From an uncultured virus (IMG/VR IMGVR_UViG_3300005573_000061) (taxonomy: Duplodnaviria; Heunggongvirae; Uroviricota; Caudoviricetes): a stretch of 64,000 bases of DNA. The position numbers were made by a program, and so were the translations under genes. The stretch is from IMG/VR virus record IMGVR_UViG_3300005573_000061, one strand, 5' to 3'. The notes beneath the pieces are model-generated. The model was not told the DNA's origin. It saw only the letters and a program-made list of their open reading frames with translations, and did no database searches. This document shows positions 40,614 to 48,503 of the stretch, piece after piece. Position 1 is the first letter of the stretch, and each line of letters begins with the position of its first letter.

Positions 40614-41411
40614 TTACACCTTTACAAAATCTGGAATCCACTCTTGAAATTCATTTGGATGATAATCCTGCATCAGGTCCGGAAATTTACGCTTACAAAT
40701 CTTAGCCACCCGATCGAAAACAATCCTAATTTCTTCCTCGGCATGGATGTTAGTGCGAAGCGCAATGATGTGTCTCAGTGACCTAATATTAATTGTAGCA
40801 AGCATTGCTGTCCCGACACCATCTGGTGCAAATCTGCGCATAAATGAAGTCTTAGCCTTCTTCTCATTGAAATCGGTGCCATCCTCATCCAACTTGAAAT
40901 ACTTAGCCATCCACTGTTGGTGTGCCTCCATTTGATGAAGTAATTCCACTGAACGATTCATTAATTCATTGTCTTTGCGTGCCCACTCGGGGAACCAGAA
41001 AGGAATATTGTCTAATCGCACATATCGCATGGATTCCTGAGAGACAGCTACTCCTGCACGATGCCGAACAAACTCATGGGTAAACACACGAGAGACATTT
41101 GAAAAGATAAATGAATAATTCGCATGCTCTAAAACGGAGCCATGTCCAGATGCTACTAGATTAGCTAAATAATCCGAAGAGCTAGTACGTACACGGGTAA
41201 CATTAGGATTTAATCCGGGCGCCCAGGATCGATAGCACAAACGCCCCCCAAACTCTACTAATGCCTCTCCATCAGAAATCTCATTGTTATCCACACGATC
41301 AAGCCAAGCTTCAGCGCCAGAACCAACTGTATTCAGATACTCTCTAATTTCTCTCCAATCCAACTGAGGATAAGCAATCAAGCGAACTTCAGGCTGCTCC
41401 AACAAAATCAT
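40614..41411 (-). CDS. thyX: Flavin-dependent thymidylate synthase
   Basis: GRLCY.S, GH.SVLEH, SRVFTHEFVRHR...SQESMRY, HAEEEIR. Confidence 0.96.
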   Translation of the reverse strand: MILLEQPEVRLIAYPQLDWREIREYLNTVGSGAEAWLDRVDNNEISDGEALVEFGGRLCYRSWAPGLNPNVTRVRTSSSDYLANLVASGHGSVLEHANYSFIFSNVSRVFTHEFVRHRAGVAVSQESMRYVRLDNIPFWFPEWARKDNELMNRSVELLHQMEAHQQWMAKYFKLDEDGTDFNEKKAKTSFMRRFAPDGVGTAMLATINIRSLRHIIALRTNIHAEEEIRIVFDRVAKICKRKFPDLMQDYHPNEFQEWIPDFVKV

Positions 41412-41420
41412 GGTAGTCCT

Positions 41421-41804
41421 TTAAAAGTTTGGGATTCCTGTTATTTCACCAGGGAGCAAATTCCATATCTGTCCCTGAATTCTAAGAGATGCTAAAGATA
41501 AACGAAACTGTCTTAAGTTGAGCACTCCATTTTTTAATAATGCATATGCAACAAATTCAATATCCTTGAGATCATACACCCGATGGTTTGCTTCAGTACG
41601 CTTACTACCCACTGACTCGCCATTTAAAACAAGATTGCCTAAACGCTCATGGAATCTTAGCCAATAGGTGCTGCGACCAAAAAAGAAACCGGCGACCTCT
41701 TTAATTGTAAAGTAAGGACCTTCGGAGGTATCGATGTTCTCAAAGATCATATGATCTATAGAATCAGCCGAATCCGAAATGATATAGATTTCAGGCGAAG
41801 ACAT
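41421..41804 (-). CDS. MerR-like HTH DNA-binding protein
   Basis: FTIKEVA...S..WLR..E..G...R....HRVYDLKDIE. Confidence 0.7.
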   Translation of the reverse strand: MSSPEIYIISDSADSIDHMIFENIDTSEGPYFTIKEVAGFFFGRSTYWLRFHERLGNLVLNGESVGSKRTEANHRVYDLKDIEFVAYALLKNGVLNLRQFRLSLASLRIQGQIWNLLPGEITGIPNF

Positions 41805-42463
41805 TATGCCTTCCTTATATTTAAGGCTCCTCTAGCCTTCCCTGGCTCAGCGGCCTGAGCAACAACCTCTAACATCTCAGGGTGGTCTTTAATATATTCC
41901 ATAGCCAGGTCTTCATCGAAGACTCGCACAGGCTTACTCATAGCTAGCCAATCATCTTCCCCGATTAGCTCCCGAAGTTTATCTACATTGATAGACGGAT
42001 CAGGATCCGAAACTTCCCAAGCAAACTTTTTATCTCCCACCACCACAGATCCAGGGATTAGATAATGACCATCTTTATCTTTAGGGGTATTGTCATCTGC
42101 CAACTTTGCATTAGCAATATCTAAATGATTCAGAATAGTGGTACGAATATTATCTTTTCGTACCTTAGCCATCTTTTCTATTTGATCTAAAACCACTCGC
42201 TCTTCAAAAAGCTGCTCTGATTCTTGAGTCGTTAGCTCCCGGTTCTCATTGGGAACCACCTTGCCAAAAACCTCAGCAAGACGCATCAGAGCATCAATTT
42301 GTTCGGGGGTGATTACCGCAGGAAGAACCGGTTTAGTAGGCTCTGGTGACTTTTCTGGAGCCTTGGAAAGAAGCTTAGCTAAATCTCCCCAGGAGATAGA
42401 CCCCTCATTGATGTGACTGAGTGCTGTAGGAATTACCTCTAGCTCTGTGGTGGTCTTTGACAT
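41804..42463 (-). CDS. Hypothetical protein
   Basis: 219 aa with coiled-coil, coupled in operon. Confidence 0.6.
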   Translation of the reverse strand: MSKTTTELEVIPTALSHINEGSISWGDLAKLLSKAPEKSPEPTKPVLPAVITPEQIDALMRLAEVFGKVVPNENRELTTQESEQLFEERVVLDQIEKMAKVRKDNIRTTILNHLDIANAKLADDNTPKDKDGHYLIPGSVVVGDKKFAWEVSDPDPSINVDKLRELIGEDDWLAMSKPVRVFDEDLAMEYIKDHPEMLEVVAQAAEPGKARGALNIRKA

Positions 42464-42465
42464 AA

Positions 42466-42819
42466 TTACAGTGTATGGGTAGCAACGAGATTAGTAACTA
42501 CATTTCTAGTACCAGCAATAAGAGCCTTGACTAGATTGGTATGATGTACCGACCAAATACCCTGGAAGAAAATAGAAGCCTCGGCGGAAGTAACAGTCAC
42601 GTAAGGCTTCAATCCAGCGGCTACGGCTACACCTGGACCAAAATGGAATGTGGTAAACATAAAGACCAATGCGGAAAGGATGGTCAGTAGATGGGTAGCA
42701 ATAAACGTAGGATTCTTGAGATAATCCTTCCATGTCAGCTTGACTGGCACTGGATTTGGATCCGTGGGAAGGGTGGTCTGTGATGCCGTAGTGGCTGAAT
42801 CTGCGGGTAATGTCGTCAT
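42466..42819 (-). CDS. Small membrane protein (possibly holin-like)
   Basis: Hydrophobic helices; strong SD AAGGAG; own upstream promoter-like sequence. Confidence 0.5.
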   Translation of the reverse strand: MTTLPADSATTASQTTLPTDPNPVPVKLTWKDYLKNPTFIATHLLTILSALVFMFTTFHFGPGVAVAAGLKPYVTVTSAEASIFFQGIWSVHHTNLVKALIAGTRNVVTNLVATHTL

Positions 42820-42904
42820 TTTATTTCTCCTTAAGATCGAACTATTCTATGGTAGCAGATTCTTCAACAAGAGCAAATTGTCAACTATTCCTAATAATCC
42901 TACA

Positions 42905-43255
42905 TCATCCGATATCATTGATCCTAAGCTGAGCTAAGCGCTCATACTTCTCTGCGGTGGTATGACCATCCCACGGATTTTCTCTGGTGCTCCACTTCAA
43001 GTGGCTAAAAAGATCCAAATCCATCTTTGAGATATGCCATGAAAGCTGACCCCTCGGCGTCCAAATATAAACAATAGGCCAGTTATCTTTAGGGTACTTA
43101 CGATGCAACAAGGCCGGGAAAATGCGAGTGAGAAATGCAACTAACTGCGCACGCTCACGATAAGCAGCATTCAGCTTTGCATCCGAGTCAACCAATTCTC
43201 CCATCACTGAAGTAAGGGAGCGGATTAAAATTTCTACTTGGATATCTTTATTCAT
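42905..43255 (-). CDS. WDGH-motif phage protein
   Basis: AYRER...VYI.TP.GQLSWH...WDGHTT.EKYERL; start set at ATG 43255 (TAATG coupling). Confidence 0.65.
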   Translation of the reverse strand: MNKDIQVEILIRSLTSVMGELVDSDAKLNAAYRERAQLVAFLTRIFPALLHRKYPKDNWPIVYIWTPRGQLSWHISKMDLDLFSHLKWSTRENPWDGHTTAEKYERLAQLRINDIG

Positions 43256-43494
43256 TACCACTCAAATCTAAAGGGTCTAGAAATTCCTTGAAGCTTCTGA
43301 TCTAAACGTATCGATCTTTTTATTTGTTTTATCGCCCGATCAAGATGATCGGTAGCTCCTGAAGCGTAACTTGCCCAACTTTCGCCCTTATTTGACTTCC
43401 AATCCCATAACCATACACTCTTACCTTGACTATATATTTCTTTAATTTGCCCAGAATATCCATAACGAGCAAACTTATACAAACTTTCAGGCAT
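43255..43494 (-). CDS. Hypothetical protein
   Basis: 79 aa, coupled in operon. Confidence 0.55.
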   Translation of the reverse strand: MPESLYKFARYGYSGQIKEIYSQGKSVWLWDWKSNKGESWASYASGATDHLDRAIKQIKRSIRLDQKLQGISRPFRFEW

Positions 43495-43495
43495 C

Positions 43496-44146
43496 CTAAT
43501 TATTGCTCCCCATCTTCGGTGAATGGACTTCGGTGACGGCGATCATGCGATCCACCAACTCCAGGGCCGACACCTGGATCTGCTCGACTGTCGGCCGCAG
43601 AACATCCTTGGCTGCGGCCCTGGCTGCGTCCCCGGCTACGGCCCATGCTGCGGCCCTGGCTGCGGTGGCTGCGCTGTCTGCGGCCCTGGCTACGGCCCAT
43701 GCTGCGGCCCCGGCTGCGGCCGCATCCTTGCGTACTGCGTCGATCGTCGGCTGGACCGAAGACATGTCCATCCCGGCACGGAACTCGGGGAGCGACTCCA
43801 ACCGGCCAGCCTGGTCTGCAACTCCGGCTGTGCGCAGCCACGCCGGGGTGTGGACACGGACCAGCCAATCGAGCGCCATCCACGCCCGAGCGTCCTCCTG
43901 CTCGGGGGTCCCGGCCGTGCCAACCAGACGCGGTACCAGCGGCTTCAACAACCGGTCCCGGTCGTCGTCGTCCAGCGAGTCGTTCCATGAGCGCAGGAAC
44001 GCTCCGATCACCGCCGATGCACAGACCGGATGATCGGACCAGGGCTCCCGGGCCACGAACGAGACGGCCTCCATCACACAGGCGCCCTCATCAGGGCTGG
44101 GGTGGCACCCGGCGGAAAGAGTGAGAGTTTCGAGGTTCAAGGTCAC
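43496..44146 (-). CDS. GC-rich hypothetical protein with Ala-rich repeats
   Basis: GCH...GACVMEAVS...EPWSDHPVC, AAW/AAR repeats; SD AGGAG before GTG; GC far above flanks. Confidence 0.75.
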   Translation of the reverse strand: MTLNLETLTLSAGCHPSPDEGACVMEAVSFVAREPWSDHPVCASAVIGAFLRSWNDSLDDDDRDRLLKPLVPRLVGTAGTPEQEDARAWMALDWLVRVHTPAWLRTAGVADQAGRLESLPEFRAGMDMSSVQPTIDAVRKDAAAAGAAAWAVARAADSAATAARAAAWAVAGDAARAAAKDVLRPTVEQIQVSALELVDRMIAVTEVHSPKMGSNN

Positions 44147-44211
44147 GGCTGGCTCCTACGGTTGCGGGGATGGTCACGTGCGTCTGGGATGATCTGGCTA
44201 TGGGCCATAGC

Positions 44212-46194
44212 TCACTCTCCCTCCTTCCAGAAAAAGCTCTCGACCTCCGGAATGGTCCGGACGAGGGGAGCGACCGGGAGGGTCTTGATGATGGTCTTAC
44301 CGTAATTCTTAGTCAGCACACGGGGGTCCAGCAGAGCGAAGACGCCCTGGTCTGTCTTGGTCCGGATGAGCCTACCAGCAGCCTGAGCAATCACCAGACT
44401 CATGGTGGGGATAGAAAGCTCCGCAAAATCCGATCCACCACGACGCTTGATAACCTCGCTCTCGGCCTCGAACAGCGGCTCAGTGGGAACCGGGAAGGGA
44501 AGCTTGTTGACGATCACCAGCGAACAAGTCTCACCCTGGAAATCGACTCCAGTCATAAAGCTGCGGGTGGCGAACAGCACCGAATGCGTATCTTCCTTGA
44601 ATTGACGAGCAAGCTCCCGATTGGAACCCTGACCTTGCATCAAGCAGGTGTAGGGAAGCCGCTCGCTCAGGTAGTCATACGCTGCCTTCATAGCCCTATT
44701 CGAAGTGAACAGGATAAGAGCCCTACCCTTAGAAGCAGTGCAAAGCTGCTCCATGTGAATCATGCTGGCAGCCTCAAAAGCCTCCAGACGAGAGGAGGGA
44801 TCAGGGATCTGCTCAGGAACATAGAAACGGCACTGATTGGCGTAATCAAACGGCGTACCAACATTCACAGAAAGATACTCACCAACCCCAAGCTGCTTAG
44901 CAATAAAATCAAACTTTCCATTCACTGCAAGTGTGGCTGAAATAAGCACACAAGGAGTCTGAGAGAAAAGACCATCGGACAAGAAAGGAGCCACATCAAT
45001 CGGGCAGCACTTGACAACGAAACGCCGATCCTTACCAAAACCATCCGCCTCGACCCAACGGACCAGAGTATTGAAATCGGCCTGAATCAGGTTGGTGACA
45101 CGATTAGCGAAATTACGAGCACGCTTCTTGAGATTTTGAAGGCGCTTCTGACTAGCGGTGAGGCTCTTAGTGCTCTGACCATTAAGATGACCCGCAACCT
45201 GCTCCAAATTCCCAGCATACTCACTAGCAGCGATAACAAAATCTGCCCACGCATCGGCATGCATTTGGAAAGTATCCGGACGAAGCCGAGCGGTGGTCCC
45301 ACCAGACTTGATATCGGGAAGCTCAGGGAAAGTACCGAAAAGACGAAGCTGAGCAGCATTCAAACGAGAGCCCAACTTAACCATCTTATCCTCAGCCTCA
45401 GTGAATTCACGACGGCAGATGTTACGCACCTCTCCAAGCATGCCCATCAAGGACCGCTCCGAGAAATCATTACCCAAAGCATCACGTACGTAGCTACGAA
45501 GCTCATGCGCCTCATCGAAGATGACCGAATCGTATTCACCAAGCAGTGCATTGGAAAACACCAGATCCATGGCGAACACTGCGTGATTGACGACCACGAT
45601 ATTCGCATCAGCCGAATTCTTACGAGCACGAGCGGCGCAGCAACGCAGAGCGGGATCCTTCATGCACCGATTATCACCACAAAACTCGGAATCCGAGCGG
45701 ACCTTATTCCAGGTAGACCAGGGAATCTCACGCCCCATGATCGTCTCAAAAGACTCCTTCTCACCAGAAAAGGTAATCGGCTGCTCGTTAAGGATACGCA
45801 GCATCTCGCCAAGCTCAGGAGCTTCAGCGGGATCCAAACCCTCAGCACGAGAAGCACAGAAATAGTTGCTGCGGCCCTTAAGGAGAGCCCACTTAAACTT
45901 GAAATTGAAAGCCTCAGCCATAAAGCTCTCAAGAGTAGGGAGATCCTTGCTCACGATCTGGTCCTGAAGAGCCTTGGTAGCGGTGGAATAAACCACTCGC
46001 TTACCGGTAAGGATCGCTGGAATAAGAGCACCATAGCTCTTGCCGGTACCACAGCCAGCCTCACCCAGCAGGTGAGATCCAGAAGCCAAGGCCGACTCAA
46101 TGGCGGTAGCCAGCCGCTCTTGCGGCTCCCGGCGCTCGTAGCCAGGGATCATATCTGCGAGTCGGGCCTCAACCTCAGCGAACGTGGTGACCAT
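44212..46194 (-). CDS. dinG: DinG/YoaA-family Fe-S helicase
   Basis: Q-motif YERREPQ, EAGCGTGKS, LKGRSNYFC plus Cys ligands, DEAH, SAT, GVD..G, QAAGRLIR. Confidence 0.93.
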   Translation of the reverse strand: MVTTFAEVEARLADMIPGYERREPQERLATAIESALASGSHLLGEAGCGTGKSYGALIPAILTGKRVVYSTATKALQDQIVSKDLPTLESFMAEAFNFKFKWALLKGRSNYFCASRAEGLDPAEAPELGEMLRILNEQPITFSGEKESFETIMGREIPWSTWNKVRSDSEFCGDNRCMKDPALRCCAARARKNSADANIVVVNHAVFAMDLVFSNALLGEYDSVIFDEAHELRSYVRDALGNDFSERSLMGMLGEVRNICRREFTEAEDKMVKLGSRLNAAQLRLFGTFPELPDIKSGGTTARLRPDTFQMHADAWADFVIAASEYAGNLEQVAGHLNGQSTKSLTASQKRLQNLKKRARNFANRVTNLIQADFNTLVRWVEADGFGKDRRFVVKCCPIDVAPFLSDGLFSQTPCVLISATLAVNGKFDFIAKQLGVGEYLSVNVGTPFDYANQCRFYVPEQIPDPSSRLEAFEAASMIHMEQLCTASKGRALILFTSNRAMKAAYDYLSERLPYTCLMQGQGSNRELARQFKEDTHSVLFATRSFMTGVDFQGETCSLVIVNKLPFPVPTEPLFEAESEVIKRRGGSDFAELSIPTMSLVIAQAAGRLIRTKTDQGVFALLDPRVLTKNYGKTIIKTLPVAPLVRTIPEVESFFWKEGE

Positions 46195-46228
46195 GTATAG
46201 ATTCTACCTCTCTAGGGGGAAGTCTAAA
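46195..46228 (-). promoter_or_regulatory. Promoter giving a leaderless dinG transcript
   Basis: TAGAAT -10 (46201-46206) lies 6 nt before ATG 46194; no SD at canonical spacing. Confidence 0.6.
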
Positions 46229-46526
46229 CCTCAATGAACAAAATTTTTGCGAGCACGCTTGGTGGCAGCGGCAGCGCTCATGCCACAACTCTCCACAACT
46301 CTACCCATCCTGTCAAGATCCTAAACATGTTCCCTTTGTCCGAATTTTAGGGCACGCCCATCCCTGATCCCGACCCTGGCGGGTGCGCCCCGTACTCTTA
46401 AACAGGTTGACCCCTTCAGCCTACCCAAGCACTGAGGGGGTCTAAACCTAAGCTACGATCACGGCACCGGGTCTACGAGGATGGTAGGCATCGACATATC
46501 TGTATTATACCCAACCATCCCAAGAC

Positions 46527-47132
46527 TCAAACCCCACACATCAGCGATGTTTGAGGCCAAGCCGACCACCCAGCCTGAGCCAGTACCCGCTGCGCCACTG
46601 TGATTTGCTCAGAAGGACTAGTGTACTGAGGCATGGAAGCAAACTGCGCTCCCCCATTGGCTAGCCAGGTAGATTCCAGAAATTGGAGGCCACCGTAATA
46701 GCCATTTCCCGTATCGATAGACCAATTTCCTCGGGACTCATAATGGGCAATGCAAGACCAAATTCCATAATTAGCAGCCGTTTGTACGGGCGCTGGGGTG
46801 GGTGTCACCGGTAGATACGCCACCGAATGATGGACTACCGGGGTGGGTGCAATATTTATCAATGCCACCCTGGTTTGGAATCGCTTCGGTGGAATTCTAA
46901 AAATCTGACCAGTGAAAATCAGATTTGGATCTGCAATATGATTGAATTCGGCAAACTGCTGCCAGGTTCTTCCATAGCGAGAGGCAATCCCTGAGAGGGT
47001 GTCTCCTGTATGGACACGCACCACTGGTGTATTTGTCGAAATTGGCTGAGCAGATGCTCTACCAGTAAATGATGCAATAAACAATGTGGCAACAAGTCCA
47101 CATAAAATAGCAATTTTTGCTACTCGGCGCAT
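46527..47132 (-). CDS. rpf: Secreted LysM + resuscitation-promoting-factor (Rpf) lytic transglycosylase
   Basis: AAGGAG SD before MRRVAK; signal peptide ending ASA; LysM (GDTLSGIA...NLIFTGQ); Rpf domain WSCIAHYESRGNWSIDTGNGYYGGLQF...WP..S..CG. Confidence 0.92.
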   Translation of the reverse strand: MRRVAKIAILCGLVATLFIASFTGRASAQPISTNTPVVRVHTGDTLSGIASRYGRTWQQFAEFNHIADPNLIFTGQIFRIPPKRFQTRVALINIAPTPVVHHSVAYLPVTPTPAPVQTAANYGIWSCIAHYESRGNWSIDTGNGYYGGLQFLESTWLANGGAQFASMPQYTSPSEQITVAQRVLAQAGWSAWPQTSLMCGV

Positions 47133-47235
47133 TCTTGGCTCCTTTTTAGGGGGGTTACGGTTGCGTCGAAGCATATTTTCTCTTATGCCACAACACAGTT
47201 TAGATGCGACTTGCATCCTTATGTTTGAAGCGACC

Positions 47236-47265
47236 ACGCTAGTACATGGGGCTACTGGCTGTCAA
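47236..47265 (-). promoter_or_regulatory. SigA-like promoter for rpf
   Basis: TTGACA-18nt-TAGCGT. Confidence 0.6.
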
Positions 47266-47266
47266 T

Positions 47267-47500
47267 TCATGGATTACTTGAATATATTTCAGCCAATCTT
47301 TGATCAAAGACCTCAAGTATTTTCAATGCTTCTGTGTCTGTATCATACTCAACCAGGAAGGGAACCTCATAAAAAAGGTTTCTAATCTTAGCTGCCAAGG
47401 AAAGACTCAAATCGTCTTTGTCTATGACAAACTCTAATTCTGATAGAATCTCATACTTTTCAGAATTATCATGCAAATACCACATGAACTTATATTTCAT
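47267..47500 (-). CDS. Hypothetical protein
   Basis: 77 aa, SD AAGGA. Confidence 0.55.
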   Translation of the reverse strand: MKYKFMWYLHDNSEKYEILSELEFVIDKDDLSLSLAAKIRNLFYEVPFLVEYDTDTEALKILEVFDQRLAEIYSSNP

Positions 47501-47521
47501 TTTTGATCCTTGGTGGTCTAG

Positions 47522-47593
47522 AGCTTCCTAGCGGATTCGAACCGCTTTCTTTTCTTTACGAGAGAAATGTTTTACCGAGTAAACTAAGGAAGC
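47522..47593 (-). tRNA. tRNA-Thr(CGT)
   Basis: GCTTCCT/AGGAAGC acceptor, TTTCT-CT-CGT-AA-AGAAA anticodon arm, AGCGG-TTCGAAT-CCGCT T-arm; CCA not encoded. Confidence 0.9.
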
Positions 47594-47607
47594 TGGGTAT
47601 AAACCCC

Positions 47608-47958
47608 TTACGACAGCTTGAAATCAAGATTCTGGCCGCTCAAATTAACCAAAACGGATCCAGACTTGACATGAGGATATCCGGCTGATCCAGGTACATA
47701 CTGAGTCAGTCCTGGTAGAGATAGACCAGCCTTCCCGGGAGGAGGGCTAAACAAGACGGCACCCTTTGGGGTGTAACCACTTCCAGGCAAAAATAGCCCA
47801 AAGTCAGGACGCTTCTCTCCACCCCATGCAGGATTAGTTAGCTCAATTTTCCAGAATACAGCATTTCCGTTACGGACTAACTCAATGCATTCATCCAAAT
47901 TGTGATTTTCTACATACCAAGCGGGTGGTACTGGATTCATGATATCTACTGCTGCCAT
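47608..47958 (-). CDS. Hypothetical protein between two tRNA-Thr genes
   Basis: 116 aa, SD AAGGAG, own promoter. Confidence 0.7.
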   Translation of the reverse strand: MAAVDIMNPVPPAWYVENHNLDECIELVRNGNAVFWKIELTNPAWGGEKRPDFGLFLPGSGYTPKGAVLFSPPPGKAGLSLPGLTQYVPGSAGYPHVKSGSVLVNLSGQNLDFKLS

Positions 47959-47986
47959 TTAATTTCTCCTTTTTAGCCTCATCCCA

Positions 47987-48016
47987 AGTATAGCAAGATC
48001 CCCATGACTCAGTCAA
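47987..48016 (-). promoter_or_regulatory. SigA-like promoter
   Basis: TTGACT-18nt-TATACT with extended TGn. Confidence 0.75.
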
Positions 48017-48017
48017 G

Positions 48018-48089
48018 AGCCCACTACCTGAATCGAACAGGCATTTTTGCGTTACAAAGGCAATGTTTTAGCCATTAAACTAAGCGGGC
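48018..48089 (-). tRNA. tRNA-Thr(TGT)
   Basis: GCCCGCT/AGTGGGC acceptor, TTGCC-TT-TGT-AA-CGCAA anticodon arm (C:C mismatch), CCTG-TTCGATT-CAGG T-arm; CCA not encoded. Confidence 0.85.
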
Positions 48090-48104
48090 ATTAGCGTATT
48101 TTTT

Positions 48105-48424
48105 ACATATATGGATACATATATGGATACTTATATGGATACATATATGGATATATATATGAATGCTTATTATATATATAATAAAAACCATATATAGATT
48201 TAATTATTAAATACATATATATATAATAAAAATCATATATATAATAAAACTATATATAGGTATTTATTATTATATATATATATAATAAAAATAAAAATCA
48301 TATATAGATTTTAATTAAATACATATATGTTTTTATTATATATATATCTATATACTTATTATAAAACTTATAAGGATTCATATAAGTACCCATATAGTAC
48401 CTATATAGTACCTATATAGTATTC
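48105..48424. repeat. Putative replication origin: AT-rich core flanked by inverted tandem-repeat arrays
   Basis: Five ACATATATGGAT-like 12-mers (48105-48164), near-pure AT core, four ATATA(A)GTACC-like repeats (48380-48424); located at the strand switch. Confidence 0.7.
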
Positions 48425-48464
48425 TTATTAAGAACCCATTATAGGTTGCCACACCCAAATCCAC

Positions 48465-48494
48465 TTGTCAAATCGCTACCCAGATATGTATATT
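48465..48494 (+). promoter_or_regulatory. SigA-like promoter for the helicase operon
   Basis: TTGTCA-18nt-TATATT, 9 nt before ATG 48504 (near-leaderless). Confidence 0.55.
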
Positions 48495-48503
48495 GGCACG
48501 ATA

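Noticed and set aside
43600..43720. GCGGCCCTGGCT-type tandem repeats as a CRISPR or regulatory array
   Set aside because: They encode Ala-rich peptide repeats; no unique spacers
44143..44200. Tiny ORF (about 18-21 aa) between dinG and the GC-rich gene
   Set aside because: Too short and featureless to support; may be a junction remnant
45136..46200. 354-aa plus-strand ORF (and other long ORFs at 43500-44940)
   Set aside because: Antisense or alternative-frame shadows of dinG and the GC-rich gene; no motifs; expected where stop codons are scarce
47133..47237. Longer N-terminus of the rpf ORF given in the track
   Set aside because: SD and signal peptide point to ATG 47132; the upstream region is better explained as promoter and leader
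47503..47688. 61-aa plus-strand ORF
   Set aside because: Antisense to tRNA-Thr(CGT); typical tRNA shadow
48105..48424. CRISPR array or eukaryotic microsatellite contamination
   Set aside because: Repeats are tandem without spacers, have organised inverted symmetry, and are flanked by coherent phage genes and promoters
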